Shown: piece by piece, positions 11,801 through 26,800 of the stretch
Numbering within the stretch: position 1 is the stretch's first letter
How the letters are laid out: each line of letters begins with the position of its first letter
DNA from: the human T2T-CHM13v2.0 reference genome, Homo sapiens
Length of the DNA stretch: 64,000 bases
Reading direction: 5' to 3' (one strand)
Assembly: GCF_009914755.1 (NCBI RefSeq)
Contig: NC_060941.1
The notes under the pieces: generated by a model
What the model was told of the DNA's origin: nothing
Databases searched by the model: none
The model's input: the letters and a program-made list of their open reading frames with translations, nothing else
Translations under genes and position numbers: made by a program

Positions 11801-14800
11801 TCAGAAACTTCTTTGTGATGCTTGCATTCAACTCACTGAGTTGAACTTTCCTTTCGAGAGAGAAGCTTTGAAACACTCTTTTTCCAGAATCTGCAAGTGG
11901 ACATTTGGAGGGCTTTGAGGTCTGTGGTGGAAAAGGAATTATCTTCCCGTAAAAGCTAGATAGAAGCATTCTCAGAAACTACTTTGTGATGATTGCATTC
12001 AAGTCACAGAGTTGAACATTCCCTTTGACAGAGCAGTTTGGAAACTCTCTTTGTGTAGAATCTGCAAGTGGAGATATGGAATGATTTGAGGACTATGGTA
12101 GTAAAGGAAATAGCTTCATATAAAAGCTAGACAGTAGCATTCACAGAAAACTCTTGGTGACGACTGAGTTTAACTCACAGAGCTGAACATTCCTTTGGAT
12201 GGAGCAGTTTCGAAACACACTATTTCTAGAAGGTGCAAGTGGATATGTGGGCCTCTCTGAGGATTTCGTTGGAAACGGGATAAACCGCACAGAACTAAAC
12301 AGAAGCATTCTCAGAACCTTCTTCGTGATGTTTGCATTCAACTCACAGTGTTGAACCTTTCTTTGATAGTTCAGGTTTGAAACGGTCTTTCTGTAGAAAC
12401 TGCAAGTAGATATTTGGACCTCTCTGAGGATTTCGTTGGAAACGGGTTAAACCGCACAGAACTAAAACAGAAGCATTCTCAGAACCCTCTTCGTGATGTT
12501 TGCATTCAACTCACGGTGCTGAACCTTTCTTTGATAGTTCAGCTTTGAAACACTCTTTTTGTAGAAACTGCAAGTGGATATTTGGTCCTCTCTGAGGATT
12601 TCGTTGGAAACGGGATAAACCGCACAGAACTAAACAGAAGCATTCTCAGAACCTTCTTCGTGATGTCTGCATTCAACTCACAGTGTGGAACCTTTCTTTG
12701 ATAGTTCAGGTTTGAAACACTCTTTTTGTAGAAACTGCAAGGGGATCATTGCACTTCTTTGAGGCCTACCGTAGTAAAGGAGATAACTTCCTATAAAAAG
12801 AAGACAGAAGCTTTCTCAGAAAATTCTTTGGGATGATTGAGTTGAGCAAACAGAGCTGAACACTCCTTGCGATGTAGCAGTTTAGAAACACACTTTCTGC
12901 AGAATCTGCAAGTGCATATGTGGACCTCTCTGAGGAATTCGTTGGAAACGGGATAATTTCAGCTGACTAAACAGAAGCAGTCTCAGAATCTTCTTTGTGA
13001 TGTTTGCATTCAAATCCCAGAGTTGAACTTTCCTTTCCAAGTTCATGTTTGAAACACTCTTTTTGCAGGATCTACAAGTGGATATTTGGACCACTCTGTG
13101 TCCTTCGTTCGAAACGGGTATATCTTCACATGACATCTAGACTGAAGCATTCTCAGAAGCTTCTCTGTGATGACTGCATTCAACTCACGGAGTTGAACAC
13201 TCCTTTTGAGAGCGCAGTTTTGAAACTCTCTTTCTGTGGCATCTGCAAGGGGACATGTAGACCTCTTTGAAGATTTCGTTGGAAACGGAATCATCTTCAC
13301 ATAAAAACTATACAGATGCATTCTCACGAACTTTTTGGTGATGTTTGTATTCAACTCCCAGAGTTGAACTTTCCTTTGGAAAGAGCAGCTATGAAACACT
13401 CTTTTTCTAGAATCTGCAAGTGGACGTTTGGAGGGCTTTGTGGTTTGTGGTGGAAAAGGAAATATCTTCACCTAAATACTAGATAGAAGCATTCTCAGAA
13501 ACTGCTTCGTGATGATTGCATTCACCTCACAGAGTTGAACATTCCTATTGATAGAGCAGTTTGGAAACACTCTTGTTGTGGAATGTGCAAGTGGAGATTT
13601 GGAGCGCTTTGAGGCCTATGGTAGTAAAGGGAATAGCTTCATAGAAAAACTAGACAGAAGCATTCTCACAAAATACTTTGTGATGATTGAGTTTAACTCA
13701 CAGAGCTGAACATTCCTTTGGATGGAGCAGGTTTGAGACACACTTTTTGTAGAATCTACAAGTGGATATTTGGACCTCTCTGAGGATTTCGTTGGAAACG
13801 GGATAACTGCACCTAACTAAACGGAAGCATTCTCAGAAACTTCTTGGTGATGTTTGCATTCAAATCCCAGAGTTGAAACTTCCTTTGAGAGTTCAGGTTT
13901 GAAACACTCTTTTTGTAGGATCTGCAAGTGGATATTTGGACCACTCTGTGGCCTTCGTTCGAAACGGGTACATCTTCGCATAAAATCTAGACAGAAGCCT
14001 TCTCAGAAACTTCTCTGTGATGATTGCATTCAACTCACAGAGTTGAACCCTCCTATGGATAGAGCAGTGTTGAAACTCTCTTTTTGTGGAATCTGCAAGC
14101 GGATATGTGGACCTCTCCGAAGATGTCTTTGGAAACGGGAATATCTTCACATAAAAACTAAACAGAAGCATTCTCAGAAACTTCTCTGTGATGTTTGTGT
14201 TCAACTCCCAGAGTTTCACATTGCTTCTCATAGAGTAGTTCTGAAACATGCTTTTCGTAGTGTCTGCAAGTGGACATTTGGAGCGCTTTCAGGCCTGTGG
14301 TGGAAAACGAATTATGGTCACATAAAAACTGGAGAGAAGCATTGTCAGAAACTTCTTTGTGATGATTGCATTCAAGTCACAGAGTTGAAGGTTCCTTTTC
14401 AAAGAGCAGTTTCCAATCACTCTTTCTGTGGAATCTGCAAGTGGATATTTGGACCTCTTTGAAGATTTCGTTGGAAACGGGAGAATCTTCACAGAAAAGC
14501 TAAACAGAAGCATTCTCAGAAACTTCTTTGTGATGCTTGCATTCAACTCACTGAGTTGAACTTTCCTTTCGAGAGAGAAGCTTTGAAACACTCTTTTTCC
14601 AGAATCTGCAAGTGGACATTTGGAGGGCTTTGAGGTCTGTGGTGGAAAAGGAATTATCTTCCCGTAAAAGCTAGATAGAAGCATTCTCAGAAAGTACTTT
14701 GTGATGATTGCATTCAAGTCACAGAGTTGAACATTCCCTTTGACAGAGCAGTTTGGAAACTCTCTTTGTGTAGAATCTGCAAGTGGAGATATGGAATGAT

Positions 14801-17800
14801 TTGAGGACTATGGTAGTAAAGGAAATAGCTTCATATAAAAGCTAGACAGTAGCATTCACAGAAAACTCTTGGTGACGACTGAGTTTAACTCACAGAGCTG
14901 AACATTCCTTTGGATGGAGCAGTTTCGAAACACACTATTTCTAGAAGGTGCAAGTGGATATGTGGGCCTCTCTGAGGATTTCGTTGGAAACGGGATAAAC
15001 CGCACAGAACTAAACAGAAGCATTCTCAGAACCTTCTTCGTGATGTTTGCATTCAACTCACAGTGTTGAACCTTTCTTTGATAGTTCAGGTTTGAAACGG
15101 TCTTTCTGTAGAAACTGCAAGTAGATATTTGGACCTCTCTGAGGATTTCGTTGGAAACGGGTTAAACCGCACAGAACTAAAACAGAAGCATTCTCAGAAC
15201 CCTCTTCGTGATGTTTGCATTCAACTCACGGTGCTGAACCTTTCTTTGATAGTTCAGCTTTGAAACACTCTTTTTGTAGAAACTGCAAGTGGATATTTGG
15301 TCCTCTCTGAGGATTTCGTTGGAAACGGGATAAACCGCACAGAACTAAACAGAAGCATTCTCAGAACCTTCTTCGTGATGTCTGCATTCAACTCACAGTG
15401 TGGAACCTTTCTTTGATAGTTCAGGTTTGAAACACTCTTTTTGTAGAAACTGCAAGGGGATCATTGCACTTCTTTGAGGCCTACCGTAGTAAAGGAGATA
15501 ACTTCCTATAAAAAGAAGACAGAAGCTTTCTCAGAAAATTCTTTGGGATGATTGAGTTGAGCAAACAGAGCTGAACACTCCTTGCGATGTAGCAGTTTAG
15601 AAACACACTTTCTGCAGAATCTGCAAGTGCATATGTGGACCTCTCTGAGGAATTCGTTGGAAACGGGATAATTTCAGCTGACTAAACAGAAGCAGTCTCA
15701 GAATCTTCTTTGTGATGTTTGCATTCAAATCCCAGAGTTGAACTTTCCTTTCCAAGTTCATGTTTGAAACACTCTTTTTGCAGGATCTACAAGTGGATAT
15801 TTGGACCACTCTGTGTCCTTCGTTCGAAACGGGTATATCTTCACATGACATCTAGACTGAAGCATTCTCAGAAGCTTCTCTGTGATGACTGCATTCAACT
15901 CACGGAGTTGAACACTCCTTTTGAGAGCGCAGTTTTGAAACTCTCTTTCTGTGGCATCTGCAAGGGGACATGTAGACCTCTTTGAAGATTTCGTTGGAAA
16001 CGGAATCATCTTCACATAAAAACTATACAGATGCATTCTCACGAACTTTTTGGTGATGTTTGTATTCAACTCCCAGAGTTGAACTTTCCTTTGGAAAGAG
16101 CAGCTATGAAACACTCTTTTTCTAGAATCTGCAAGTGGACGTTTGGAGGGCTTTGTGGTTTGTGGTGGAAAAGGAAATATCTTCACCTAAATACTAGATA
16201 GAAGCATTCTCAGAAACTGCTTCGTGATGATTGCATTCACCTCACAGAGTTGAACATTCCTATTGATAGAGCAGTTTGGAAACACTCTTGTTGTGGAATG
16301 TGCAAGTGGAGATTTGGAGCGCTTTGAGGCCTATGGTAGTAAAGGGAATAGCTTCATAGAAAAACTAGACAGAAGCATTCTCACAAAATACTTTGTGATG
16401 ATTGAGTTTAACTCACAGAGCTGAACATTCCTTTGGATGGAGCAGGTTTGAGACACACTTTTTGTAGAATCTACAAGTGGATATTTGGACCTCTCTGAGG
16501 ATTTCGTTGGAAACGGGATAACTGCACCTAACTAAACGGAAGCATTCTCAGAAACTTCTTGGTGATGTTTGCATTCAAATCCCAGAGTTGAAACTTCCTT
16601 TGAGAGTTCAGGTTTGAAACACTCTTTTTGTAGGATCTGCAAGTGGATATTTGGACCACTCTGTGGCCTTCGTTCGAAACGGGTACATCTTCGCATAAAA
16701 TCTAGACAGAAGCCTTCTCAGAAACTTCTCTGTGATGATTGCATTCAACTCACAGAGTTGAACCCTCCTATGGATAGAGCAGTGTTGAAACTCTCTTTTT
16801 GTGGAATCTGCAAGCGGATATGTGGACCTCTCCGAAGATGTCTTTGGAAACGGGAATATCTTCACATAAAAACTAAACAGAAGCATTCTCAGAAACTTCT
16901 CTGTGATGTTTGTGTTCAACTCCCAGAGTTTCACATTGCTTCTCATAGAGTAGTTCTGAAACATGCTTTTCGTAGTGTCTGCAAGTGGACATTTGGAGCG
17001 CTTTCAGGCCTGTGGTGGAAAACGAATTATGGTCACATAAAAACTGGAGAGAAGCATTGTCAGAAACTTCTTTGTGATGATTGCATTCAAGTCACAGAGT
17101 TGAAGGTTCCTTTTCAAAGAGCAGTTTCCAATCACTCTTTCTGTGGAATCTGCAAGTGGATATTTGGACCTCTTTGAAGATTTCGTTGGAAACGGGAGAA
17201 TCTTCACAGAAAAGCTAAACAGAAGCATTCTCAGAAACTTCTTTGTGATGCTTGCATTCAACTCACTGAGTTGAACTTTCCTTTCGAGAGAGAAGCTTTG
17301 AAACACTCTTTTTCCAGAATCTGCAAGTGGACATTTGGAGGGCTTTGAGGTCTGTGGTGGAAAAGGAATTATCTTCCCGTAAAAGCTAGATAGAAGCATT
17401 CTCAGAAAGTACTTTGTGATGATTGCATTCAAGTCACAGAGTTGAACATTCCCTTTGACAGAGCAGTTTGGAAACTCTCTTTGTGTAGAATCTGCAAGTG
17501 GAGATATGGAATGATTTGAGGACTATGGTAGTAAAGGAAATAGCTTCATATAAAAGCTAGACAGTAGCATTCACAGAAAACTCTTGGTGACGACTGAGTT
17601 TAACTCACAGAGCTGAACATTCCTTTGGATGGAGCAGTTTCGAAACACACTATTTCTAGAAGGTGCAAGTGGATATGTGGGCCTCTCTGAGGATTTCGTT
17701 GGAAACGGGATAAACCGCACAGAACTAAACAGAAGCATTCTCAGAACCTTCTTCGTGATGTTTGCATTCAACTCACAGTGTTGAACCTTTCTTTGATAGT

Positions 17801-20800
17801 TCAGGTTTGAAACGGTCTTTCTGTAGAAACTGCAAGTAGATATTTGGACCTCTCTGAGGATTTCGTTGGAAACGGGTTAAACCGCACAGAACTAAAACAG
17901 AAGCATTCTCAGAACCCTCTTCGTGATGTTTGCATTCAACTCACGGTGCTGAACCTTTCTTTGATAGTTCAGCTTTGAAACACTCTTTTTGTAGAAACTG
18001 CAAGTGGATATTTGGTCCTCTCTGAGGATTTCGTTGGAAACGGGATAAACCGCACAGAACTAAACAGAAGCATTCTCAGAACCTTCTTCGTGATGTCTGC
18101 ATTCAACTCACAGTGTGGAACCTTTCTTTGATAGTTCAGGTTTGAAACACTCTTTTTGTAGAAACTGCAAGGGGATCATTGCACTTCTTTGAGGCCTACC
18201 GTAGTAAAGGAGATAACTTCCTATAAAAAGAAGACAGAAGCTTTCTCAGAAAATTCTTTGGGATGATTGAGTTGAGCAAACAGAGCTGAACACTCCTTGC
18301 GATGTAGCAGTTTAGAAACACACTTTCTGCAGAATCTGCAAGTGCATATGTGGACCTCTCTGAGGAATTCGTTGGAAACGGGATAATTTCAGCTGACTAA
18401 ACAGAAGCAGTCTCAGAATCTTCTTTGTGATGTTTGCATTCAAATCCCAGAGTTGAACTTTCCTTTCCAAGTTCATGTTTGAAACACTCTTTTTGCAGGA
18501 TCTACAAGTGGATATTTGGACCACTCTGTGTCCTTCGTTCGAAACGGGTATATCTTCACATGACATCTAGACTGAAGCATTCTCAGAAGCTTCTCTGTGA
18601 TGACTGCATTCAACTCACGGAGTTGAACACTCCTTTTGAGAGCGCAGTTTTGAAACTCTCTTTCTGTGGCATCTGCAAGGGGACATGTAGACCTCTTTGA
18701 AGATTTCGTTTGAAACGGAATCATCTTCACATAAAAACTATACAGATGCATTCTCAGGAACTTTTTGGTGATGTTTGTATTCAACTCCCAGAGTTGAACT
18801 TTCCTTTGGAAAGAGCAGCTATGAAACACTCTTTTTCTAGAATCTGCAAGTGGACGTTTGGAGGGCTTTGTGGTTTGTGGTGGAAAAGGAAATATCTTCA
18901 CCTAAATACTAGATAGAAGCATTCTCAGAAACTGCTTTGTGATGATTGCATTCACCTCACAGAGTTGAACATTTCTATTGATAGAGCAGTTTGGAAACAC
19001 TCTTGTTGTGGAATGTGCAAGTGGAGATTTGGAGCGCTTTGAGGCCTATGGTATTAGAGGGAATAGCTTCATAGAAAAACTAGACAGAAGCATTCTCAGA
19101 AAATACTTTGTGATGATTGAGTTGAACTCACAGAGCTGAACATTCCTTTGGATGGAGCAGGTTTGAGACACACTTCTTGTAGAATCTACAAGTGGATATT
19201 TGGACCTCTCTGAGGATTTCGTTGGGAACGGGATAACTGCACCTAACTAAACGGAAGCATTCTCAGAAACTTCTTGGTGATGTTTGCATTCAAATCCCAG
19301 AGTTGAACCTTCCTTTGAGAGTTCAGGTTTGAAACACTCTTTTTGTAGGATCTGCAAGTGGATATTTGGACCACTCTGTGGCCTTCGTTCGAAACGGGTA
19401 CATCTTCGCATAAAATCTAGACAGAAGCCTTCTCAGAAACTTCTCTGTGATGATTGCATTCAACTCACAGAGTTGAACCCTCCTATGGATAGAGCAGTGT
19501 TGAAACTCTCTTTTTGTGGAATCTGCAAGCGGATATGTGGACCTCTCCGAAGATGTCTTTGGCAACGGGAATATCTTCACATAAAAACTAAACAGAAGCA
19601 TTCTCAGAAACTTCTCTGTGATGTTTGTGTTCAACTCCCAGAGTTTCACATTGCTTCTCATAGAGTAGTTCTGAAACATGCTTTTCGTAGTGTCTGCAAG
19701 TGGACATTTGGAGCGCTTTCAGGCCTGTGGTGGAAAACGAATTATGGTCACATAAAAACTGGAGAGAAGCATTGTCAGAAACTTCTTTGTGATGATTGCA
19801 TTCAAGTCACAGAGTTGAAGGTTCCTTTTCAAAGAGCAGTTTCCAATCACTCTTTCTGTGGAATCTGCAAGTGGATATTTGGACCTCTTTGAAGATTTCG
19901 TTGGAAACGGGAGAATCTTCACAGAAAAGCTAAACAGAAGCATTCTCAGAAACTTCTTTGTGATGCTTGCATTCAACTCACAGAGTTGAACTTTCCTTTC
20001 GAGAGAGAAGCTTTGAAACACTCTTTTTCCAGAATCTGCAAGTGGACATTTGGAGGGCTTTGAGGTCTGTGGTGGAAAAGGAATTATCTTCCCGTAAAAG
20101 CTAGATAGAAGCATTCTCAGAAACTACTTTGTGATGATTGCATTCAAGTCACAGAGTTGAACATTCCCTTTGACAGAGCAGTTTGGAAACTCTCTTTGTG
20201 TAGAATCTGCAAGTGGAGATATGGACCGCTTTGAGGCCTATGGTAGTAAAGGAAATAGCTTCATATAAAAGCTAGACAGTAGCATTCACAGAAAACTCTT
20301 GGTGACGACTGAGTTTAACTCACAGAGCTGAACATTCCTTTGGATGGAGCAGTTTCGAAACACACTATTTCTAGAAGGTGCAAGTGGATATGTGGGCCTC
20401 TCTGAGGATTTCGTTGGAAACGGGATAAACCGCACAGAACTAAACAGAAGCATTCTCAGAACCTTCTTCGTGATGTTTGCATTCAACTCACAGTGTTGAA
20501 CCTTTCTTTGATAGTTCAGGTTTGAAACGGTCTTTCTGTAGAAACTGCAAGTAGATATTTGGACCTCTCTGAGGATTTCGTTGGAAACGGGATAAACCGC
20601 ACAGAACTAAAACAGAAGCATTCTCAGAACCCTCTTCGTGATGTTTGCATTCAACTCACGGTGCTGAACCTTTCTTTGATAGTTCAGCTTTGAAACACTC
20701 TTTTTGTAGAAACTGCAAGTGGATATTTGGTCCTCTCTGAGGATTTCGTTGGAAACGGGATAAACCGCACAGAACTAAACAGAAGCATTCTCAGAACCTT

Positions 20801-23800
20801 CTTCGTGATGTCTGCATTCAACTCACAGTGTGGAACCTTTCTTTGATAGTTCAGGTTTGAAACACTCTTTTTGTAGAAACTGCAAGGGGATCATTGCACT
20901 TCTTTGAGGCCTACCGTAGTAAAGGAGATAACTTCCTATAAAAAGAAGACAGAAGCTTTCTCAGAAAATTCTTTGGGATGATTGAGTTGAGCAAACAGAG
21001 CTGAACACTCCTTGCGATGTAGCAGTTTAGAAACACACTTTCTGCAGAATCTGCAAGTGCATATGTGGACCTCTCTGAGGAATTCGTTGGAAACGGGATA
21101 ATTTCAGCTGACTAAACAGAAGCAGTCTCAGAATCTTCTTTGTGATGTTTGCATTCAAATCCCAGAGTTGAACTTTCCTTTCCAAGTTCATGTTTGAAAC
21201 ACTCTTTTTGCAGGATCTACAAGTGGATATTTGGACCACTCTGTGTCCTTCGTTCGAAACGGGTATATCTTCACATGACATCTAGACTGAAGCATTCTCA
21301 GAAGCTTCTCTGTGATGACTGCATTCAACTCACGGAGTTGAACACTCCTTTTGAGAGCGCAGTTTTGAAACTCTCTTTCTGTGGCATCTGCAAGGGGACA
21401 TGTAGACCTCTTTGAAGATTTCGTTGGAAACGGAATCATCTTCACATAAAAACTATACAGATGCATTCTCAGGAACTTTTTGGTGATGTTTGTATTCAAC
21501 TCCCAGAGTTGAACTTTCCTTTGGAAAGAGCAGCTATGAAACACTCTTTTTCTAGAATCTGCAAGTGGACGTTTGGAGGGCTTTGTGGTTTGTGGTGGAA
21601 AAGGAAATATCTTCACCTAAATACTAGATAGAAGCATTCTCAGAAACTGCTTTGTGATGATTGCATTCACCTCACAGAGTTGAACATTTCTATTGATAGA
21701 GCAGTTTGGAAACACTCTTGTTGTGGTATGTGCAAGTGGAGATTTGGAGCGCTTTGAGGCCTATGGTATTAGAGGGAATAGCTTCATAGAAAAACTAGAC
21801 AGAAGCATTCTCAGAAAATACTTTGTGATGATTGAGTTGAACTCACAGAGCTGAACATTCCTTTGGATGGAGCAGGTTTGAGACACACTTCTTGTAGAAT
21901 CTACAAGTGGATATTTGGACCTCTCTGAGGATTTCGTTGGAAACGGGATAACTGCACCTAACTAAACGGAAGCATTCTCAGAAACTTCTTGGTGATGTTT
22001 GCATTCAAATCCCAGAGTTGAACCTTCCTTTGAGAGTTCAGGTTTGAAACACTCTTTTTGTAGGATCTGCAAGTGGATATTTGGACCACTCTGTGGCCTT
22101 CGTTCGAAACGGGTACATCTTCGCATAAAATCTAGACAGAAGCCTTCTCAGAAACTTCTCTGTGATGATTGCATTCAACTCACAGAGTTGAACCCTCCTA
22201 TGGATAGAGCAGTGTTGAAACTCTCTTTTTGTGGAATCTGCAAGCGGATATGTGGACCTCTCCGAAGATGTCTTTGGAAACGGGAATATCTTCACATAAA
22301 AACTAAACAGAAGCATTCTCAGAAACTTCTCTGTGATGTTTGTGTTCAACTCCCAGAGTTTCACATTGCTTCTCATAGAGTATTTCTGAAACATGCTTTT
22401 CGTAGTGTCTGCAAGTGGACATTTGGAGCGCTTTCAGGCCTGTGGTGGAAAACGAATTATGGTCACATAAAAACGGGAGAGAAGCATTGTCAGAAACTTC
22501 TTTGTGATGATTGCATTCAAGTCACAGAGTTGAAGGTTCCTTTTCAAAGAGCAGTTTCCAATCACTCTTTCTGTGGAATCTGCAAGTGGATATTTGGACC
22601 TCTTTGAAGATTTCGTTGGAAACGGGAGAATCTTCACAGAAAAGCTAAACAGAAGCATTCTCAGAAACTTCTTTGTGATGCTTGCATTCAACTCACAGAG
22701 TTGAACTTTCCTTTCGAGAGAGAAGCTTTGAAACACTCTTTTTCCAGAATCTGCAAGTGGACATTTGGAGGACTTTGAGGCCTGTGGTGGAAAAGGAATT
22801 ATCTTCCCGTAAAAGCTAGATAGAAGCATTCTCAGAAACTACTTTGTGATGATTGCATTCAAGTCACAGAGTTGAACATTCCCTTTGACAGAGCAGTTTG
22901 GAAACTCTCTTTGTGTAGAATCTGCAAGTGGAGATATGGACCGCTTTGAGGCCTATGGTAGTAAAGGAAATAGCTTCATATAAAAGCTAGACAGTAGCAT
23001 TCACAGAAAACTCTTGGTGACGACTGAGTTTAACTCACAGAGCTGAACATTCCTTTGGATGGAGCAGCTTCGAAACACACTATTTCTAGAAGGTGCAAGT
23101 GGATATGTGGGCCTCTCTGAGGATTTCGTTGGAAACGGGATAAACCGCACAGAACTAAACAGAAGCATTCTCAGAACCTTCTTCGTGATGTTTGCATTCA
23201 ACTCACAGTGTTGAACCTTTCTTTGATAGTTCAGGTTTGAAACGGTCTTTCTGTAGAAACTGCAAGTAGATATTTGGACCTCTCTGAGGATTTCGTTGGA
23301 AACGGGATAAACCGCACAGAACTAAAACAGAAGCATTCTCAGAACCCTCTTGGTGATGTTTGCATTCAACTCACGGTGCTGAACCTTTCTTTGATAGTTC
23401 AGCTTTGAAACACTCTTTTTGTAGAAACTGCAAGTGGATATTTGGTCCTCTCTGAGGATTTCGTTGGAAACGGGATAAACCGCACAGAACTAAACAGAAG
23501 CATTCTCAGAACCTTCTTCGTGATGTCTGCATTCAACTCACAGTGTGGAACCTTTCTTTGATAGTTCAGGTTTGAAACACTCTTTTTGTAGTAACTGCAA
23601 GGGGATAATTGCACTTCTTTGAGGCCTACCGTAGTAAAGGAGATAACTTCCTATAAAAAGAAGACAGAAGCTTTCTCAGAAAATTCTTTGGGATGATTGA
23701 GTTGAGCAAACAGAGCTGAACACTCCTTGCGATGTAGCAGTTTAGAAACACACTTTCTGCAGAATCTGCAAGTGCATATGTGGACCTCTCTGAGGAATTC

Positions 23801-26800
23801 GTTGGAAACGGGATAATTTCAGCTGACTAAACAGAAGCAGTCTCAGAATCTTCTTTGTGATGTTTGCATTCAGATCCCTGAGTTGAACTTTCCTTTCAAA
23901 GTTCATGTTTGAAACACTCTTTTTGCAGGATCTACAAGTGGATATTTGGACCACTCTGTGTCCTTCGTTCGAAACGGGTATATCTTCACATGACATCTAG
24001 ACTGAAGCATTCTCAGAAGCTTCTCTGTGATGACTGCATTCAACTCACGGAGTTGAACACTCCTTTTGAGAGCGCAGTTTTGAAACTCTCTTTCTGTGGC
24101 ATCTGCAAGGGGACATGTAGACCTCTTTGAAGATTTCGTTGGAAACGGAATCATCTTCACATAAAAACTATACAGATGCATTCTCAGGAACTTTTTGGTG
24201 ATGTTTGTATTCAACTCCCAGAGTTGAACTTTCCTTTGGAAAGAGCAGCTATGAAACACTCTTTTTCTAGAATCTGCAAGTGGACGTTTGGAGGGCTTTG
24301 TGGTTAGTGGTGGAAAAGGAAATATCTTCACCTAAATACTAGATAGAAGCATTCTCAGAAACTGCTTTGTGATGATTGCATTCACCTCACAGAGTTGAAC
24401 ATTTCTATTGATAGAGCAGTTTGGAAACACTCTTGTTGTGGAATGTGCAAGTGGAGATTTGGAGCGCTTTGAGGCCTATGGTATTAGAGGGAATAGCTTC
24501 ATAGAAAAACTAGACAGAAGCATTCTCAGAAAATACTTTGTGATGATTGAGTTGAACTCACAGAGCTGAACATTCCTTTGGATGGAGCAGGTTTGAGACA
24601 CACTTCTTGTAGAATCTACAAGTGGATATTTGGACCTCTCTGAGGATTTCGTTGGGAACGGGATAACTGCACCTAACTAAACGGAAGCATTCTCAGAAAC
24701 TTCTTGGTGATGTTTGCATTCAAATCCCAGAGTTGAACCTTCCTTTGATAGTTCAGGTTTGAAACACTCTTTTTGTAGGATCTGCAAGTGGATATTTGGA
24801 CCACTCTGTGGCCTTCGTTCGAAACGGGTACATCTTCGCATAAAATCTAGACAGAAGCCTTCTCAGAAACTTCTCTGTGATGATTGCATTCAACTCACAG
24901 AGTTGAACCCTCCTATGGATAGAGCAGTGTTGAAACTCTCTTTTTGTGGAATCTGCAAGCGGATATGTGGACCTCTCCGAAGATGTCTTTGGAAACGGGA
25001 ATATCTTCACATAAAAACTAAACAGAAGCATTCTCAGAAACTTCTCTGTGATGTTTGTGTTCAACTCCCAGAGTTTCACATTGCTTCTCATAGAGTAGTT
25101 CTGAAACATGCTTTTCGTAGTGTCTGCAAGTGGACATTTGGAGCGCTTTCAGGCCTGTGGTGGAAAACGAATTATGGTCACATAAAAACTGGAGAGAAGC
25201 ATTGTCAGAAACTTCTTTGTGATGATTGCATTCAAGTCACAGAGTTGAAGGTTCCTTTTCAAAGAGCAGTTTCCAATCACTCTTTCTGTGGAATCTGCAA
25301 GTGGATATTTGGACCTCTTTGAAGATTTCATTGGAAACGGGAGAATCTTCACAGAAAAGCTAAACAGAAGCATTCTCAGAAACTTCTTTGTGATGCTTGC
25401 ATTCAACTCACAGAGTTGAACTTTCCTTTCGAGAGAGAAGCTTTGAAACACTCTTTTTCCAGAATCTGCAAGTGGACATTTGGAGGGCTTTGAGGTCTGT
25501 GGTGGAAAAGGAATTATCTTCCCGTAAAAGCTAGATAGAAGCATTCTCAGAAACTACTTTGTGATGATTGCATTCAAGTCACAGAGTTGAACATTCCCTT
25601 TGACAGAGCAGTTTGGAAACTCTCTTTGTGTAGAATCTGCAAGTAGAGATATGGACCGCTTTGAGGCCTATGGTAGTAAAGGAAATAGCTTCATATAAAA
25701 GCTAGACAGTAGCATTCACAGAAAACTCTTGGTGACGACTGAGTTTAACTCACAGAGCTGAACATTCCTTTGGATGGAGCAGTTTCGAAACACACTATTT
25801 CTAGAAGGTGCAAGTGGATATGTGGGCCTCTCTGAGGATTTCGTTGGAAACGGGATAAACCGCACAGAACTAAACAGAAGCATTCTCAGAACCTTCTTCG
25901 TGATGTTTGCATTCAACTCACAGTGTTGAACCTTTCTTTGATAGTTCAGGTTTGAAACGGTCTTTCTGTAGAAACTGCAAGTAGATATTTGGACCTCTCT
26001 GAGGATTTCATTGGAAACGGGATAAACCGCACAGAACTAAAACAGAAGCATTCTCAGAACCCTCTTCGTGATGTTTGCATTCAACTCACGGTGCTGAACC
26101 TTTCTTTGATAGTTCAGCTTTGAAACACTCTTTTTGTAGAAACTGCAAGTGGATATTTGGTCCTCTCTGAGGATTTCGTTGGAAACGGGATAAACCGCAC
26201 AGAACTAAACAGAAGCATTCTCAGAACCTTCTTCGTGATGTCTGCATTGAACTCTGAGTGTGGAACCTTTCTTTGATAGTTCAGGTTTGAAACACTCTTT
26301 TTGTAGAAACTGCAAGGGGATCATTGCACTTCTTTGAGGCCTACCGTAGTAAAGGAGATAACTTCCTATAAAAAGAAGACAGAAGCTTTCTCAGAAAATT
26401 CTTTGGGATGATTGAGTTGAGCAAACAGAGCTGAACACTCCTTGCGATGTAGCAGTTTAGAAACACACTTTCTGCAGAATCTGCAAGTGCATATGTGGAC
26501 CTCTCTGAGGAATTCGTTGGAAACGGGATAATTTCAGCTGACTAAACAGAAGCAGTCTCAGAATCTTCTTTGTGATGTTTGCATTCAAATCCCAAAGTTG
26601 AACTTTCCTTTCCAAGTTCACGTTTGAAACACTCTTTTTGCAGGATCTACAAGTGGATATTTGGACCACTCTGTGTCCTTCGTTCGAAACGGGTATATCT
26701 TCACATGACATCTAGACAGAAGCATTCTCAGAAGCTTCTCTGTGATGACTGCATTCAACTCACGGAGTTGAACACTCCTTTTGAGAGCGCAGTTTTGAAA

